DNA from: Alphaproteobacteria bacterium
GTDB lineage: Bacteria > Pseudomonadota > Alphaproteobacteria > UBA828
Assembly: GCA_963422645.2 (NCBI GenBank)
Contig: CAXXVO010000014.1
Location: 256,001 to 320,000 of the forward strand
Reading direction: 5' to 3'
DNA: 64,000 nt
The position numbers were made by a program, and so were the translations under genes. A model generated the notes under the pieces. The model made no database searches and had not been told where the DNA came from. It saw only the letters and a list, made by a program, of their open reading frames with translations. This document shows, piece by piece, positions 61,407-64,000 of the stretch. The stretch's first letter is position 1. Every line of letters starts with the position of its first letter.

Positions 61407-62657
61407 ATGAAGACGGAAGGCTTGCACGTCGTCCGGCCGCGCGCGGCGGGTCTGGACGTGCACAAGATGGAGATCACCGCGACGGTTCGCCTCTGTGAGG
61501 GCGAGGGTGAGCCGGTGGTGGAGACGCGCTGCTTCGGCACGCTGCCGAGCGGTCTGGAGGAGATGGTCGCGTGGCTGACCGGTCACGGCGTCGAGGCTGC
61601 GGTGATGGAAGGGACCGGGGTCTACTGGCAGGCGCCCTTCGCGGCCCTGGAGGCGGCCGGGCTCGAGGCGATCCTGGTGCATGCGCGTCAGGTGAAGCAG
61701 TTGAAGGGGCGCAAGACCGACGTGGCGGACAGCGTGTGGCTGGCCTGCGTGTGCCAGTTCGGGCTCTGCACGCCTTCCCACGTTCCGCCTGAGCCGTTCC
61801 GGGAGCTGCGCGCACTGAGCCGCCAGCGCCGCGTCCTGGTCAGGCAGCGCTCCGCCGTGCGCAACCGCGTGCAGAAGATCATCGACCGCGCCGGTGCGCG
61901 CATCGGCGGCATCCTCTCCGACGTCTTCGGCGTCAACGGCCGGAAGATCCTCGACGGCCTGGCGCAGGGGACGGCGCGCGAGGTCATCCTCGCCTCGCTC
62001 ACCAGCCACGTTGCGAACAAGCTGGAGGGGCTCGGCGAGGCGCTCACCCTGAGCCTGGGCGACAACGACCGCTTCATGCTCAACGACCTGCTGGAGGAGC
62101 ATGACGCGCTTGAGGCGCGCATCGCGTCCTACACCAGGAAGATCGACGGGCAGATGACACCGTGGGAGGAGCAGCTCCGTCTGCTGACCACCATCCCCGG
62201 CATCGACCGCACCGCCGCCTCGACCATCCTCATCGAGATCGGCCCCGACATCGGCGTGTTCGCCTCCAAGGAGCACTTCGCCGCCTGGGCCGGGCTCTGC
62301 CCCGGCAACAACGAGAGCGGGGGCAAGCGCCGCAACGCACGCACCCGCATGGGCTCCAAGACCCTGCGCGCCTGCCTCGTCGAGTGTGCCCACGGCGCGG
62401 CCCGAACCAAGGGGTGCCAGTTCGAGGCTCATCACCGCGCCCTCGCCGCCCGGCGCGGCTACAAGCGCGCCATCGTCGCCGGCGCTCACAAGATGCTGCG
62501 CATCATCTATGTGGTGCTCAAGACCGGCAGGCCCTACTACGACCGCACGGCCGACTACGACGCTCTGATGGTCAAGCGCAACGCTCCTCGGTGGATCCGC
62601 ATGCTCCGCCGCTACGGCTACATCGAGCCCGTAGGCGCGGAACTCAAGGCCGCCTGA
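61407..62657 (+). CDS. IS110 DEDD recombinase
   Basis: GLDVHK, MEGTGVYW, KTDVAD, TIPGI, AGLCPGNNESGG; GAGGAGG RBS. Confidence 0.96.
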   Translation: MKTEGLHVVRPRAAGLDVHKMEITATVRLCEGEGEPVVETRCFGTLPSGLEEMVAWLTGHGVEAAVMEGTGVYWQAPFAALEAAGLEAILVHARQVKQLKGRKTDVADSVWLACVCQFGLCTPSHVPPEPFRELRALSRQRRVLVRQRSAVRNRVQKIIDRAGARIGGILSDVFGVNGRKILDGLAQGTAREVILASLTSHVANKLEGLGEALTLSLGDNDRFMLNDLLEEHDALEARIASYTRKIDGQMTPWEEQLRLLTTIPGIDRTAASTILIEIGPDIGVFASKEHFAAWAGLCPGNNESGGKRRNARTRMGSKTLRACLVECAHGAARTKGCQFEAHHRALAARRGYKRAIVAGAHKMLRIIYVVLKTGRPYYDRTADYDALMVKRNAPRWIRMLRRYGYIEPVGAELKAA

Positions 62658-63510
62658 GCGGCCCGCATCTCGTCAGCCGGCTACGCGGGACCGCTTCGGA
62701 CCACATCGGGGAAGTCCACCGCTCGTCTCCGCCGCGCCGACCCTGGCGGTCTCAGCCAACGCCGTGACCTCGGGGTTGGAGCGTCACCGCGCGTCCCTCG
62801 CCAGAATCTGTTTCACGGCAAGTAGGCCCACTGCGACTCCCGCGGGCCGGGGAACCACGCCACCTTGACCGGCGGCGTGCCGGCCGGATGGAGGTTGGCA
62901 AGGTAGGCTCCGGTCACTTCTCCCATCGTGACCCAGGAGACGGCGGCCTTGGCGCTGATGCCGGGGTCGGCGATGTCGTTGACCACGGCGAGCACCGGAA
63001 TCTTCTCGCTGATCGCGAGCACCGCCTCGGTCAGCCCGTCGAAGCTCACCGCGCCCAGCGCCAGGATGTCCGCGTCCTGGGCGCATTCGGTGATCTGGGC
63101 AATTTGGCGTTCGAGGTTGGGGTAGCCGCCCGCCTCGACCACGCGGAGCGCGACGCCGAGCCGCTTCGCCTCCTCGACCATGCCGTAGTTGACGCTCAGC
63201 CAGTACGAATCCTTGAGGTGAGGATAGGAGGCGCAGATGCGCCATTTCTGCGACGCCCGCTCGAGGGGGCGATAGGTGATGGTCGTCGTCGGGCTGCGGA
63301 AATCGAAGGGCGGCGACCAGACTTCGAGCGCCCACTCCGAGGGGGACGCAGTAGTCTCAACCGCTTGCTGGTCAGACCCGAGCGTCGGGCCTGCGGCCAG
63401 CACCAGGCTCGCGAGGAGACCAGGAATCAGTCTTGATAGGCGCCAAAGTCTCATGGCCGGCATGATGCGGCCGATTGCCTTTTGAATCCAACCGGTGTTC
63501 TAATTTCACG

Positions 63511-64000
63511 ATGTTCGGCCGCTTCGGCATCGCAAGTCGCCTCTTCGCCTCGTTTGCGGGGGTGGCGGCTCTCTCGATCGCAGCCGGGATCATCGGCTGG
63601 GTCGTTCTGCGCAACGTCGATACCGCGCAGACCACCATCGTGGACGAGGCCATGCCGGCGATCGCCGAGGGGCGGATCATCGCCGAGACCTCGACACAGA
63701 TCGCGGCGCACGGCGCCCGGCTCGCCACTGCCGAGAGCCAGGCGGAGCGGCGGTCTCAGGCCTACTTCCTGCGGTCCACGACCGATCTGCTCTCTGCCCG
63801 CCTCGATGCGTTGGAGGGGTACGGCTTCCCCGAACAGGAAGTCGCCGAGATTCGGGGCGTGGTGTCGGCGCTCGCCGCGAACCTGGACCGGCAGGACGAG
63901 ATCGTCGCCGCGCGGATCGGGATGAATGACGTGCTGGCCGCTTCGGTCGCGCGCACGCTGGACGTGGCCGGCGAACTCTCCGCGCTCTCCGAGACTCTCA
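63511..64000 (+). CDS. torS: TorS-like sensor histidine kinase, N-terminal part, runs off the right edge
   Basis: MFGRFGIASRLFASFAGVAALSIAAGIIGW...AMPA TM plus helical periplasmic region; divergent from torT. Confidence 0.75.
   Translation, partial: MFGRFGIASRLFASFAGVAALSIAAGIIGWVVLRNVDTAQTTIVDEAMPAIAEGRIIAETSTQIAAHGARLATAESQAERRSQAYFLRSTTDLLSARLDALEGYGFPEQEVAEIRGVVSALAANLDRQDEIVAARIGMNDVLAASVARTLDVAGELSALSETL

Larger units (their letters stand above)
61054..62821 (+). mobile_element. IS110-family element (1768 bp including one AA core)
   Basis: Boundaries defined by restoring the torT frame: empty site CTCGACA-AA-GTAGGCC; no terminal IRs or TSD. Confidence 0.9.
60586..63463 (-). pseudogene. 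torT: TMAO-sensing periplasmic protein TorT split by IS110
   Basis: WRICASYPHLKDSYWLSVNYGM, EAGGY, WGDTG, FTHAVYRGIKR; excision restores QWAYFVEEGF. Confidence 0.92.

Noticed and set aside
157-63956. Many long overlapping Arg/Pro/Gly-rich ORFs in the ORF track
   Set aside because: Shadow and antisense frames expected at this GC content; they overlap well-supported genes and carry no motifs

Overview
GC-rich alphaproteobacterial chromosome segment. The taxonomic call is inferred from the gene set (betI/choXWV, ybbN-LON-Trm112-DUF971) and the CTAG-flanked and GTCAT-type palindromic repeats. The backbone carries: frmA-betA-betI/choXWV choline use; a damaged peptide ABC operon with divergent FAD oxidoreductase and PhyH dioxygenase; sugar, amide and polyamine ABC genes; hydantoinase A/B; SDRs; tRNA-Gly(CCC); gloB; an HNH nuclease; and torT/torS. 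Mobile DNA is heavy. An IS1634 with a 133-bp target duplication splits a higB toxin. An IS66 (8-bp TSD) splits a solute-binding gene, and an IS110 splits torT. A nested pile at 52-59 kb holds a malT-like gene, an unclassified transposase, IS66, IS21, IS1380 and an integrase remnant. Most notable: (1) the right end of an apparent Mu-like transposable prophage, inserted in a threonine dehydratase gene, whose last gene is a divergent QueC-like PP-loop enzyme beside a Gly-rich tail fibre; (2) a 208-bp recombinase-less mini-IS110 inside the IS66, related to the full IS110, whose left end holds a candidate bridge RNA; (3) a multibranched hairpin element between betI and betA. All alignments and counts were done by eye; no database searches were run.
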